Assembly: GCA_000002445.1 (NCBI GenBank)
Contig: CP000070.1
Location: 2,080,001 to 2,144,000 of the forward strand
Reading direction: 5' to 3'
DNA length: 64,000 nucleotides
Source of the DNA: Trypanosoma brucei
Lineage: Eukaryota
The notes beneath the pieces were generated by a model. The model made no database searches, was not told the origin of the DNA, and saw only the letters and a program-made list of their open reading frames with translations. This document shows positions 1-11,400 of the stretch, in pieces (position 1 is the first letter of the stretch; each line of letters starts with the position of its first letter). The translations under genes and the position numbers were made by a program.

Positions 1-2571
1 CGAAGGTGTGGACCGACAAGCGGAGCATGAGGGCCGCATTTTGGTCGAAAGGTCAGCGAGGACTTCTCGCAACTCTTCATCGTTCATCACTTCACTGGGG
101 AACTGCTGTCCGGCGAGGTAGAAGTGCTTCTTGAAGTGCTCCCATGAAAAATTCTCTTCCGAACTACAGGGCAACTTGGGTGGATTGTTTAAGTGATTAA
201 ACGCGTTATCTAAAGTCTTGAGACTGTTCATAAACTCCGGAATGTTTTTTGGTGGGGGCAGCCGCGGGGGTGTCGCCGACCGCGAACCACAGGTCGCACG
301 CTCCTCGTCAGCCATTTTTTTCACTGGAGTGCGGTTACCGGTTTCCGATCCATCGCCTTCCGCGTGTTGTTGCTGTTGTACAGGAGTGTGTTTCAGTGAC
401 CTTTGCTGGGAGGTTTGATCTAATTGATATTGCTGTAGTTGCTGCATGGGGGCTGCTTGCTGCCTTGCTCCACCGCTAGTGCCCTTACTGGAGGAGTTAT
501 TACGCACCCTTCCAATGTTTTGTTGCCCTCTTTTTGTATTCTTTAAATACTCTCGCCGCTTCTCTGCTAGCTGCACGTAGGAGCCACCACCAGATCGAAC
601 GACATTGCTTTCTTTGTTCACCTGACTCGCGCCATCCGTGTCTTTCTTTGGCCCAATCGACCACTTTGGTCGAGGCTTTCTTCGGCCCACCGGTGGTGCC
701 TGCCCACTTCCATTGCCACCTTTGCTATCGCCTGGTTCACCGTCTCTCCGGCAGTTGCATTGTTTATTACCGGTGCAATTGCAGTATGGACACAGTGATA
801 TGGATTGAGGGGAGAAAGCACCGGAAGGGTCAGTGTTCGCATCCTCCGTTTGTCCTGCGCCGGCCGCCCGCCATGTCTGATCCCTTTCGTCGTGCATTTC
901 ACTTTCGCTCGCTGGCTTCTGTCGTTCTTTGAGTGTTTCATCAGTTACATCATCTCCGACAAGAGTGTCAGACACATCCCGTCGAGCATCTCCCGAGTTT
1001 TTCCCTTCGTCATACGCGGCCTGTGCTGACGGTTGGGGAAGCACGCCTGTCGCGAATGAGTCCTGCTCCTCGTTGGGGATTGTGGAGAAGCAATCTGTTT
1101 CCGTATCATCCACGCCACCATCGTCATTTCCCTTTAAACCAATATCCCTTTCGGACCGCAAGGACCCCCTTTCTTGGGCTCGGGTGGTTGCACCCCGCTC
1201 GGCAATTTTGTTTACGGTGACTTTGCCAATATTCTTTTCCGCTTCCTTTGTAATTCCATCTGGTTTCATCCCATCATGTTTGGAACGCGATACCTTCGGT
1301 TCACCTTTGCGATCTTTCCCGTTGCTGTTGGCTGTGGTGCCTTCGTTATCTGAGTGTTCACCTCCGCATTTCCGCCCCTGGGGGGTTGTTTCATCGTGTT
1401 CGTGTTTCAGCGAACAGCCGGCTTTGCCATTCTTCCCCCTTTCTCCTTCTGCTACCGCTGCATTCAAGGCAACGGCTCTCTCTGCCTTTCCACTGGCTGC
1501 GATGGGGGCGCCACCGCCCGCAGTCCTTAGTTCTTTTGAATTATTCTTTCCCACGACATTGCGGGTGCCGCAACATGAAAACAAGCCCTTTATACGTTTG
1601 AAAAATCCTCCTTTTTTCTTTTCTTTGGCCGTCTGCTTCACTTGCTTAGCTTCCGGAGCCGCACGGGCGGCTGAGGGATGCACCGGAATAGCAGGTTGGT
1701 CACAGACTTGCTCGGGATTCACCGCTCCTGCTTCTTCTGGTTGTGGAAACGATGCATCGCATTTCTTTTCTCTTTTAAGCTGCGCATCCGCCCCTTTTTC
1801 TGCTGGTGCCGATGCAGGTCCTTCCACGCTTGCCTTGGGGGGCGGGCTCGTACTAGCAGTCATTGCATTATTACCGTTACTGTGAACCTGTTGTTCAGCA
1901 TTATTGTTTCCACTCCTGTTACTATTGGCAACGCTAAGGCTATTGTTTCCCCTTTCAATATCCCTGTGCTTGGCATTGCCTGAGGGAATGGGGAGGAAGC
2001 GGGGAGACCGGGCGGGGTTCAGCGCGTTTACCTTATCGGCTATCATGGAGTGGTTATGCGGACGAGAGATCCCAGCCAAATCGGTATCGCTTTCCGTCTC
2101 ATATTCCCTACCATCACCTCTTTTCAGTTCCCCAGAACTCTCCCTCTTAAGATCCTTCACAACCTTCACCTCCTGGCCCCTGAGGCGTTCTCCTGTTCCT
2201 TCGGGGTCATCAACATCGGTCATTTGCTCCACCGTTTCAGCTGTCACCCAACTCATACTTTGCTCTTCATTTTGATCACTGGCTGGTATTTCTAGACCGA
2301 CGTTTCGCTGCAGCATCAGTCGCACATCTTGTTGCATCTCTTCGCTGGTCGCATCGCCTGAGCTACTCGAACGAGGGACAGATAGAGCCGATACACAGGG
2401 CCTATACAGAGCACCTCCAGCTGCCATCACGTCGTCGCTAGTGTTGCATGCTACCGCATTCGTATTGGCCGCTGGGTTAGGGACCTCGCGAAGGCTGTGA
2501 CATTCTTCCTCCTCGGCTGCTTCATTCCCCTCAGTGTCCACCTCAAAGAATATAGACGAACTGGTGCTCAT
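1..2571 (-). CDS. Hypothetical protein, N-terminal 857 codons; partial, continues past the window start
   Basis: I translated the minus strand codon by codon from the ATG at 2571 to position 1 and found no stop. There is an in-frame TAA 8 codons upstream of the ATG. Composition is Ser/Gly/Asn/Glu-rich low complexity, with a Cys cluster CPYCNCTGNKQCNCRRDG. It is missing from the ORF track because it is open at the window edge. Confidence 0.65.
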   Translation of the reverse strand, partial: MSTSSSIFFEVDTEGNEAAEEEECHSLREVPNPAANTNAVACNTSDDVMAAGGALYRPCVSALSVPRSSSSGDATSEEMQQDVRLMLQRNVGLEIPASDQNEEQSMSWVTAETVEQMTDVDDPEGTGERLRGQEVKVVKDLKRESSGELKRGDGREYETESDTDLAGISRPHNHSMIADKVNALNPARSPRFLPIPSGNAKHRDIERGNNSLSVANSNRSGNNNAEQQVHSNGNNAMTASTSPPPKASVEGPASAPAEKGADAQLKREKKCDASFPQPEEAGAVNPEQVCDQPAIPVHPSAARAAPEAKQVKQTAKEKKKGGFFKRIKGLFSCCGTRNVVGKNNSKELRTAGGGAPIAASGKAERAVALNAAVAEGERGKNGKAGCSLKHEHDETTPQGRKCGGEHSDNEGTTANSNGKDRKGEPKVSRSKHDGMKPDGITKEAEKNIGKVTVNKIAERGATTRAQERGSLRSERDIGLKGNDDGGVDDTETDCFSTIPNEEQDSFATGVLPQPSAQAAYDEGKNSGDARRDVSDTLVGDDVTDETLKERQKPASESEMHDERDQTWRAAGAGQTEDANTDPSGAFSPQSISLCPYCNCTGNKQCNCRRDGEPGDSKGGNGSGQAPPVGRRKPRPKWSIGPKKDTDGASQVNKESNVVRSGGGSYVQLAEKRREYLKNTKRGQQNIGRVRNNSSSKGTSGGARQQAAPMQQLQQYQLDQTSQQRSLKHTPVQQQQHAEGDGSETGNRTPVKKMADEERATCGSRSATPPRLPPPKNIPEFMNSLKTLDNAFNHLNNPPKLPCSSEENFSWEHFKKHFYLAGQQFPSEVMNDEELREVLADLSTKMRPSCSACRSTPS

Positions 2572-3472
2572 TCGAAGAGATGAGTGACGGGTTTAGAGAC
2601 TAAGGGCACAGCAAGTTTTCAGGCCACAAATCCCTTCTCTTCGCCTACACTGCGAAATGATTTATTGAGGGGTCTTGCGACTGCACTCCACCTACACAGA
2701 TAGCCCTGTGACTTCCTCCTTATATATATATATATATGTATTTTAGTACGCGTGCGTGTCGTATTACTCTGCTGCTGTCTTCCTCTCTTCTTCGTGTAGT
2801 TGATGATTAAAACTACTATGTTCCTGTTGCCGTTGGCCCTACAGGGTCGTTACTTGCTTAAGCCCCTAGTTACTCGCTCACTTCCTACTTCTGGTGCCCT
2901 CCTCACTTTTCTGTTTCTCTTTCTAGGGACTCGCACCGTACCGCTTATGACAAAAAAAAACAAAACAAAACAATCCCAAGGGAATCGAGGAAATAAACGT
3001 ACAGGAGAGTAGGTAGTATGTGTGCGTCATTGGAAATGAAGCTACAAACGTGTGATCACAAATATTTCACCAAAAGCGGCTGTGGTGATTGGAGAGGACT
3101 TTTGCTGCGTATAAAATGTTTGCACGTCTGATTATGGTCACGACGTAGTAGTCACGGAAAACGATGTTAATTGCCACCCCCGTAGGCTTTACTCCCCCAT
3201 GCAACAGGGGCGCGGGTGTCGTGCCGGTGACTCGTAACAAACTTGACACGCGGATTCAGTCGATATACGTGCGACTAGTAAGGCTTATGCGGGAGATGGT
3301 TCACTATGCAATTTATACCACTGTACTGATGCATGTATTACCGCGGTTACTATTCTTCAGCTCCGCGTAGTCGCCTTTGCGGCCGCACTCAGTCAGTAGC
3401 AAAGATATGCAGGTAACACACTCTCCGCATGTGGGTTTGAAATCCCGCTTTTCCCTTTGCAAGATCCAACCA

Positions 3473-4450
3473 TCAGAAGCGATTCCATCGGACGAGACTT
3501 CCCGTGCTAAATCTCGGGCTCCGCACGGGCGGTTTCCCCTGCTCATCTGCTTTCTTATACCCCACACTGATAATAACGGGCACGGTGTAGCGCTCCGGCA
3601 AGCCCACAACCTCCCTAACTTTCGCTTCATCGAAACCTTCAAGAATTGCCGTATCCAATCCAGCAGCTGTGGCGGCGTAAATAAATGTTGTGGCGGGGAT
3701 CATTGCCTGCTTCCACGCGTAACCTTGCATTGTTGTGGGCACTGACAGCAATGGCGTCCCGGTGGCGTTGCTATACCAGGAGGAGATGCATGACTTTGCC
3801 TTTGCCATTGACCCAAACGGACCCCCGTGGAGATGATAGTACACCAACCGCAAATATGCAGCACCGTAGAGTGGATGATAGTAACCACTGTTGAGACCTA
3901 GTTCCAGTGCTGCAGGGGCCCTCCACTCGGGCTCCATGTCACCAGCAAACACTACAGTGACAGGGGCTTCACGGGGTTGCGGCTGGTCGAGCGCTGCATG
4001 CGATAAAGCACCCCGTTGCGATGTCTCATGTACGACAATGGCAACCCATGGCTGCAGGTTGAAAGCGGTGGGTGCCCGCGTAGTGGCCTCCAGCAGGCGC
4101 GCGATAAGAGTGTGGTCGACGGGACGTGAGCTGTCGAACCGCTTGCTGGAGTGACGTCTTTCCACAACACGTATAAATGCATCAAGTGACTTGCGCGATG
4201 CCTTTGAATAATATGTGGGTGGGATCCTATCTGGTTCCCTCGGCACCTCCTGTGCGGTGGCGGCGATGCTGGACCTCAGGAAAGTGAAAAACCGGGATAT
4301 GCCCGAGCCCCACGTCTCGTAGGGTGAGGTGCTATTCTGTGAATTAGTGGCAGACAAGGCGGCACCTGCATTCCACTTCCAGTATGAACGGAGGGATTTT
4401 ATGACGCCCTGCCAACGGCAGCGGCTCACGTTCATCTCGAGAGGGGACAA
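3473..4450 (-). CDS. NTR: Type I (bacterial-like) nitroreductase with an N-terminal mitochondrial presequence
   Basis: 325-aa ORF. Nitroreductase-family signature RFDSSRPVDHTLIARLLEATTRAPTAFNLQPWVAIVV. N-terminus is Arg/Trp-rich (MSPLEMNVSRCRWQGVIKSLRSYWKW), typical of a mitochondrial presequence. Position relative to the CRK and ATPase-alpha genes matches the T. brucei chr7 NTR locus. Confidence 0.8.
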   Translation of the reverse strand: MSPLEMNVSRCRWQGVIKSLRSYWKWNAGAALSATNSQNSTSPYETWGSGISRFFTFLRSSIAATAQEVPREPDRIPPTYYSKASRKSLDAFIRVVERRHSSKRFDSSRPVDHTLIARLLEATTRAPTAFNLQPWVAIVVHETSQRGALSHAALDQPQPREAPVTVVFAGDMEPEWRAPAALELGLNSGYYHPLYGAAYLRLVYYHLHGGPFGSMAKAKSCISSWYSNATGTPLLSVPTTMQGYAWKQAMIPATTFIYAATAAGLDTAILEGFDEAKVREVVGLPERYTVPVIISVGYKKADEQGKPPVRSPRFSTGSLVRWNRF

Positions 4451-4750
4451 AGCCTCTCTCCTATGCTACCTCCTTTTTCCTTCCTTTTAGTGGTTCTATT
4501 CTTTCTTGATGATTATCGTAGAGCGTACAAAGCAGCAAGAGCGGGGGTAAGAAGGAAAGGTCCAACGGGTCGCATCGCAACTTCAGCTGCTGATATATGA
4601 ATCCCGTGTAACACACCAGCACGCTTGAAATAATGGAAAATGCGCAGGGGAACGGAAGTGTCCGATAACAAGCAACGTTATCGCTATAATCAAAGTACGA
4701 ATGAAGGGGTGAGACGGCAAAAAGGATACACAGGGATAGCGACACGTGAT

Positions 4751-4800
4751 TCCCCCCCAAAAAAAAAGAAAAGGGAAAACACCGAAAATATCGTAACATC
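4751..4800 (-). promoter_or_regulatory. Candidate polypyrimidine tract ~300 nt upstream of NTR
   Basis: The + strand tcccccccaaaaaaaaagaaaagggaaaacaccgaaaa has a pyrimidine-rich complement (ttttcccttttctttttttttggggggga). Confidence 0.3.
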
Positions 4801-5379
4801 TACCTTTGGCTCCTTATTAATCCCTTTTCTCTTTTTGTACACTGCGTACTTTCACCTCGGTGCAATTTTTGCGCTCACCCCTGTACACTGTTGTCCCTTC
4901 CTCAAAAACAGCAAAAGAGAAACAACGCGTCAATAAATGCCCCCACGTTTCAATAAAGTGGGAATAAGGTGAGGTTAACGTACATACACATGACAATACA
5001 TTACAGACATTTACATTCTTCATAAACGCCCTGTATTCAACGGCACATTGATGAGTCAACAAAAAGACTCCAACTGCGGTACAGGTCCTTACGCGACAGC
5101 CATAAAGGAATGCAACGAACACCACAAGTAACACACCACCACTGACCTCTAAAAAAGGGGGGGAAGGGGAAGGAATGTAACACAAGCAAGGAAAAAACTC
5201 GTGCTTGTGATGCAGTAGACAATGCGTGAGAAGCGACTCTGAGGGGAGGGAACGGAAAGGGTGGGGAATGCTAAGAGACAAACAACAGTATATTACAACC
5301 GTTCTCTCAACCAATAAAGGCAATGGCACTCACAACGACGATTGGCTGAAACAACCTGAAGTCTATTCGTCGCTGCAGC

Positions 5380-7533
5380 TTACTCCTTGAGGCCCCGGGC
5401 TAACATAGGATGCTGTCCAGAGAAGAAGACGACCGATCTCCTGTCCGGTTTGGGCCGTCCGTAGAAACCAATGGATTCACAGCGGTGGCTCGTGGCTTTG
5501 CAGCCCTCGTACACTGTTCGACCGGAGGGACCGCTGCCAGCATATCCACCAGCTGATGGCGTTGCGCAGTCCCTCCCGCTGTGTGGCCTAATCGTGGCTC
5601 TCGATGTGTGTGACCACTCTGGCCCACTTCCCTTCTTCTCCTTGAGGGGCAACCGTCCAGGGCGTCCACGGGAAACACTGCTTTTACCAGTGGTAAGCCG
5701 GCACGGTTCCATTTCGTAGCCTGCTTCGTTTGTGAGTTGTTCATGCTTGCAGTGGTAGTGCAACACATTGGCATAAGGGACGATATCAGCTCGAGCGTCA
5801 CACCAGCAAGCGCGCAGGCGGCATGGCGGCCCAGTAACAGTCTTCCATATGGTCTTCGAACGGGGGGCCTCGCTGAGCGGCGCGAGAACGAGGCGATCAA
5901 AACCATTCGTTAACTCCTTCCTAGGTAGTACACTACTCTTGCTGTTCGCTGTGGTTCGTCCCGTTTCTTCCATTCGATGCTCCCCACTGGCTGGGCTTTT
6001 GTCTCTTCTTGCCTCCGTGTTGGAGAGCATGGAATGAGACGCCGATGAGCCACCTTCCACTGGACTTAACAGCAATCCTGGAAAGAAGGTGGCACTTTGT
6101 CGCTTGCGCTCTGCATAAGGGGGCATCGGCCGGAGACAACTCAGAGGTGCTGCTACGGGGGCGACAGAACCGTTTCTTGAGGCGTCCTTACCGCGCAGTG
6201 GGGGACGAAAGAAACCAAACCCTCCGTCTCTGTTGCCCGCTCCCGTTTCGATTTCCTCTTGCTTCTCTTCTCCTTCTGTCCCCTGCTCCCGTTCTCCATC
6301 TTCATCTCGATCTTCCTCTTCTTGTGGTCCCTGTGTCCCATTGTCACTCTTACTCTTGTCAGCACTGTCACATTCCTCCTGGTGTGATAAATCCGTTGCT
6401 TCCCCTCCGCATGTATCACACGACGCATCGCGGTAGCGCCGTGCAACCTCTAGCATCTCGTCGGTGTTTTTTGCCTCTTGATAAGCCCTCTCCCGTTCCT
6501 CCCGCAGCTCATCTACATAACGAGCACACCGCGGCTTCAGTATAGCCTCCACTTCTTGCACAAGGTCGGTTGGAAAAGGTGGGCGGCCGGCTAGGTCATG
6601 GCACAGCATTTCATTGCGAAGCAACGCGCGCGCGTGGCCGGCCGGATCCTCGGCCTTATCTGGCACCGCTTCCACTGGCTTCAATTCTTTGAGTCGGGCG
6701 AAGGTATTCATGTCATACGGCCCATCAAACATAACTACGGCAAGTTGCCTGTTAACACGTAGAACGTCAATCAGCTGTTGCAAGAATCCGCCAGTAAGGT
6801 AATTGCAATCCAGGTTGAGCTGGCGGAGGCGAGTGTTCACACGAAGGCCACGAAGCAGCGGCTCCACATCATCATCGTAGAGCTCATTGTTGTACAGCGA
6901 CAGGGCGCGAAGGGGTGGGTCCGTCTCAAGGAACTCTGCAAGTCGCTCGCAACCCACCCGACCAGCGCGGTTCCCAGCAAAGTTCAGAGACAACAGGTTA
7001 GGAGGAAGAAAACCACCGGGGAAACCATTGTCATCATGCGCGCCGTTATGTGGGGCTTTCCCGAGGAGCGCCTCAATAGAGACGTGTGTGAGGGCGTTGT
7101 AGGAAATGTTAAGCGAACGCAAACCCGGGCTATTGGCAAGCGTCTGCAGTACCGCTTCGTGCCCAGAGATAAGTCCCGCATCGCCCATATAATGATTGGG
7201 AATGTGGACCTCTTCTAATGGCTTTGCAGTGGTATCGGTAAGGAAGCTTGGGGGAAGGAAACGCAAACTTCCCCTGTACACACCACTCCCCAGCAGCGTG
7301 CACGACCCCTTGCTGACCGGTCGACATTTTGTTTCTTCCCATTGCGTTGGTGTGCCACTGTTCGCTACGGTTGGAAGGGACCCTTCAAATTTTACCGCTC
7401 CCTGTGAAGACCGTAGCTCAGAGCAGGATTGAAGCTTTCTCAAAGTAGCAAGTAGCTCCTCATAATTTGTGCATACAAACACATGCTCTTCACCTACCTT
7501 GCCCAGTAATTCACGGCTCTGTCCAATACCCAT
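5380..7533 (-). CDS. Leucine-rich repeat (RNI-like) protein with a MGxxxS N-myristoylation consensus
   Basis: 717 aa. Repeated LxxLxLxxNxL modules (LRSLNISYNALTHVSIEAL, LLSLNFAGNRAGRVGCERLAEFL, LRALSLYNNELYDDDVEPL, LRQLNLDCNYLTGG). N-terminus begins MGIGQS. Confidence 0.75.
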   Translation of the reverse strand: MGIGQSRELLGKVGEEHVFVCTNYEELLATLRKLQSCSELRSSQGAVKFEGSLPTVANSGTPTQWEETKCRPVSKGSCTLLGSGVYRGSLRFLPPSFLTDTTAKPLEEVHIPNHYMGDAGLISGHEAVLQTLANSPGLRSLNISYNALTHVSIEALLGKAPHNGAHDDNGFPGGFLPPNLLSLNFAGNRAGRVGCERLAEFLETDPPLRALSLYNNELYDDDVEPLLRGLRVNTRLRQLNLDCNYLTGGFLQQLIDVLRVNRQLAVVMFDGPYDMNTFARLKELKPVEAVPDKAEDPAGHARALLRNEMLCHDLAGRPPFPTDLVQEVEAILKPRCARYVDELREERERAYQEAKNTDEMLEVARRYRDASCDTCGGEATDLSHQEECDSADKSKSDNGTQGPQEEEDRDEDGEREQGTEGEEKQEEIETGAGNRDGGFGFFRPPLRGKDASRNGSVAPVAAPLSCLRPMPPYAERKRQSATFFPGLLLSPVEGGSSASHSMLSNTEARRDKSPASGEHRMEETGRTTANSKSSVLPRKELTNGFDRLVLAPLSEAPRSKTIWKTVTGPPCRLRACWCDARADIVPYANVLHYHCKHEQLTNEAGYEMEPCRLTTGKSSVSRGRPGRLPLKEKKGSGPEWSHTSRATIRPHSGRDCATPSAGGYAGSGPSGRTVYEGCKATSHRCESIGFYGRPKPDRRSVVFFSGQHPMLARGLKE

Positions 7534-8431
7534 CTTCCACTAAAACCTCGCTGAATGTTGATGTGAGCGTGTGTGCTACGTTGGGATAAAGAGACTGTGA
7601 ACTAATTGAATTTTCTTCCTGTTTCTCCTCACAGGCACCTTACAGTGTCTTTGTGGGAAAGAATTCTCTCTGGCTCCTTCACAGCTTCCCTCCACTTGGC
7701 GGGTGGTTGATAAGCCGAAGTATGTTTGTTGGTCACCGTGACCAACTTGTACTACCTTAATCACCCGCGAGACGAAAACACGCCAAAAAATATATGTAAT
7801 TCACGTGTGTGCAGACTTTTTTCCCCTTGCCGTCGCCGACAGCGTCAGTCACTGCCCGACACTCTGTGAGACAGAGAAAATAAACGTGAAAACAGAAACG
7901 GAAAGAAAGAAGCGAAGGTAACAATATATACATGTATATATATATATACACTTACATACATAATGGGGGGGGGAGACATGGTAACAACAACTGTACAACC
8001 CCCGACAGTCACTCAAGAGCAAGAATACATTGACACACGCTTGCTCACAGTCACACATCACTGATGGAAGAATAGGAGGAAAGGAGTGTAGGAGAAACAA
8101 CTCGTGGCGACATCTCGTCCCCGCCGACGTCTCACCCCTGGTAAAGATATCTTCTTCGGTAAACGACTCCTTTTCCACTTGCGCATGTGGGCATACGTTG
8201 GGAGGGGCCGTGCAGGGGAAGGGGTCATAGGATCAACGTATTTACATTGTTTGTGTATGTGTTAAGTTTCATTTTCCTCTCCCACTTACTTATCCCTTTC
8301 ATTATTCAGCTCTTCTCACATTCTGCCGATATTCTACACATGCATGTAAAGAGCACAAAACAACGATCCTTTCCACCCTCCGGGGTTCCCTTCTCACCCC
8401 TTTTAGTCGACCATATTGTACAGTGTCGGCA

Positions 8432-11400
8432 CTACGCTCTGCAATCCCCCCGCGACGGTGTGTTAATCGCTGAAGGTTCCGCCGTAAGCATGCACGCCGT
8501 CACTGTGGAATCGCACGGAATGGATGAGCTGCTGCTGCATCGCAGAACGGTGACCCCCTGGGGTTCGAGAGGGTTAAGTTGTTTGTGAGTCTTCCGTTGC
8601 TTCAACAAACTGGTTAAAAATTTGGCTACCCGACACCGCCCAAGTTCTGCAGCAAGAACCAAGGGCGTCCGACCCATTCCATCATAAACATTGAGGTAGT
8701 CCCATACTGTCTCCACATGGTTCTCGCGACAACCCTCGTCCCGCAGCACGCAAGTGACCTTGCTGTAGTGTGTGCCGCGGTGGTGTGTCAAAATTCGCTG
8801 CGTGATAGGAACTACACGAGGGTCCTCCACTGTGGTCGAGGCGCCCCGGAGTGTGCAAGGCGCATATACGTTCACATTCCTTAAAAGCGCCCGAAGACAA
8901 GCTTCACTGTCTGCTGTTACCGCATAATGCAGGGGCAGGGAACCACGTGCATCGAGGAAGAAGGCACAGTTACCCGTATCGTGGTTGAGGAGCTCTGTTA
9001 CAGCGTCTGCGAACCCGGAGGCGCAGGCATCGTGTATGGGCAAGCGACCCATTGCATCCACCTGAAGCACCAGTGTCTGCGCGAGGGTGCAGCTCAACAC
9101 ATCGCGAATGTGAGGCAGCAGCTCCTGTTGTACCACAGGGTCGCTGTGACTACACAAGTGGTGAAGTGCCGTACGAACTTGCTTGTCGGTGCAAAGCAAG
9201 TGGTGAATACCCACCGTGAGGACAGGTGGCTGGTTCCCTTCGCTGTCCAGGGAACTAACGCTGTATTCACAGCAACTGTTGGCGGCACCAGCGGTAGTTC
9301 CGGTTGTGCCGGCCAGGTTGATATTCACCCCCTCACTCATCGCATTCTGACCCGCGTTGAAGACCTCGTCATCTACATCGGAGGTCGCGGAGACGCTACT
9401 CGCGTCACGTTCGGCCGATTTCTGTTGTTTCTGCTGATTCGCTCGCGCCGAACTTTGCGTCCGAGCCCCTGCCTTGCCCTGCCGCCCCCCACGGCGATTT
9501 CGTGGCGTGTTAACGCTCTTTTTGGGGCGGTCGCCTAGTCGCTGCTGTGAAGAAATGCTATGACGCGACCGCGACTGCATGGAGAGATTCAACACACTAA
9601 CAGGATGGTTGTGGTTAGGTGGTGTGTGAGAGCTGACTGTTGTGTTGTTACTGTTATCATGGTTTCCAAAACGACCGCGGCTGCGCCGCGCAGTGTACGC
9701 CCCAAGCCGTCTTCCACTTCTGCTGTCCTGTCTTTGGTGTAGGAGTAAATCCACCATATCGGCCCTACCCCGTCGTGCCGCGATAATCAAGGGCGTCTCC
9801 AGTGTGTGCCCACTCTGAACCTCTACAGTAGCCTTGAAGCTCAGCAACTCTCGTACCATGTCAACAGCGACGGGAAGAGTGGACTGTGTAGCGAGGAAGA
9901 GCGGAGTTTGCTCTATGTCGTCCACCTCATTGGGATCCGCGTAGTATTCCAGTAAAACCTGGAGCATCGGCAGCATCCCCTGCGCCACAGTGCGGTGCAA
10001 GAGTGTTCCCCCGCTTGGCATCCCACTGGCATGCCGGACGCAAGCAACACCAAGGTTCAACAGTAGCCGCGCTGCCTCTACGTCGTGTGTTTCGCGGACA
10101 GCCATCTCAAGCGCTGTGAAACCTAACGCGGTATCTCGTGCTTCCACGTCAAGGGAGTGTGCCACGGTGTCGCCGGCGACTGGTTCACTGGAGGCTGCAG
10201 GTTGCCGATACCTTCGACGGAAACCGGATCCCGTGCGGTGCTGCCTGCGTTTGGTCGCCGGTGCTTGGCTGTGTGGGGACAGCACGCTGGTATCCGCGTT
10301 CGACACCACAGCTGCGCTCTCTGAATGGTGCAGCAGTATTTCCACAACATCTAACTGCCGTGCCAGCACCGCGAGATGCAAAGCCGTTCGACCCGCATGA
10401 TCTGTCTTCGAAGGTTGAGCGGCATTTAGACTGTAACTGCCTGCGCCAGCATTACTGTTGCCACTCGTACTGTTGAGAAGTAACCTCACAACAGAGGTAT
10501 TGCCGTACATGGCAGCGTAGTGAAGTGGTGTGCGACCGCAGCAATCCTGTACATTGATATCATACCTCTTCTCCGGGTTCACATTGATATGCGAAAGAAG
10601 CAGCTCCATTACGCTCGGGTGGAGTGCTATGGCGCCGTAGTGCAGCGCACAGGCCCCTTGCGCGTCTTGCACCATGGGGTCTACCCTATAATCTACAATA
10701 AACCGCCGAATTAACTCCGGATGATGAGCCACAATGGCATGCATAAGTGGCGTCATCCGCCCGACTTGCTGTACGGTCGGAAGTAGTTGATCAGAGCGAG
10801 AATTTCCCAATTGTCTAGACGGTGTCGATTGATTTGTCTGTGTCGTGGAGGCTGCTGCAGCCGGGGACGCTGCAGACAAGCCAACATCATCCCTAGACGT
10901 TCCGGGGGATGTCGGCAAGCTAGGCACGAGAGAACCCTTCTTGAAGTCCGGCAACAACCAAGGGGAAGAGGTAGCCCCCACTTCATACTGATGAGTGACC
11001 ATCGTGGTACGCTTATTCTCTGCGGAGCGCCGTATCAACCTGTTAGAGTCTATAGGAGCCAAGTTACCATGTACATTAGCCTCGCGATCACACAGCGTTT
11101 GTATCAGTTCCCATGTAGAACAGTTCCCAGGTAGAAAGTGCCACCATGCATCGGCGTCCCTTGGAACACCTGGGCAGTCCGTATCTGCAGCATTCCCCGC
11201 AGCGGTGGACGGCTTTGGATGCCTTGATGCACTTCCTGCCGTAGATGTTGTTTGAGGTGCTAAGATATAATTCTTTACTGCTGGTCCGGGAAGCGAAGCG
11301 AGACGCACCGCATCCAGTGGGCGCACCGCATCGCGAATACCGTGCTCACCATTGCACCCTTGTCCATAGCAAATCAGTGAAACGAGCGCCGACTCCCCCA

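Noticed and set aside
929-1885. 318-aa plus-strand ORF and other plus-strand ORFs in the first 2.5 kb
   Set aside because: They are antisense to the verified 857-codon minus-strand ORF that runs off the window edge.
8556-8580. ggttcgagagg, which resembles a tRNA T-loop
   Set aside because: It lies inside the ankyrin-protein CDS. The motif lacks the conserved GTTCGAATC core and has no flanking acceptor-stem complementarity.
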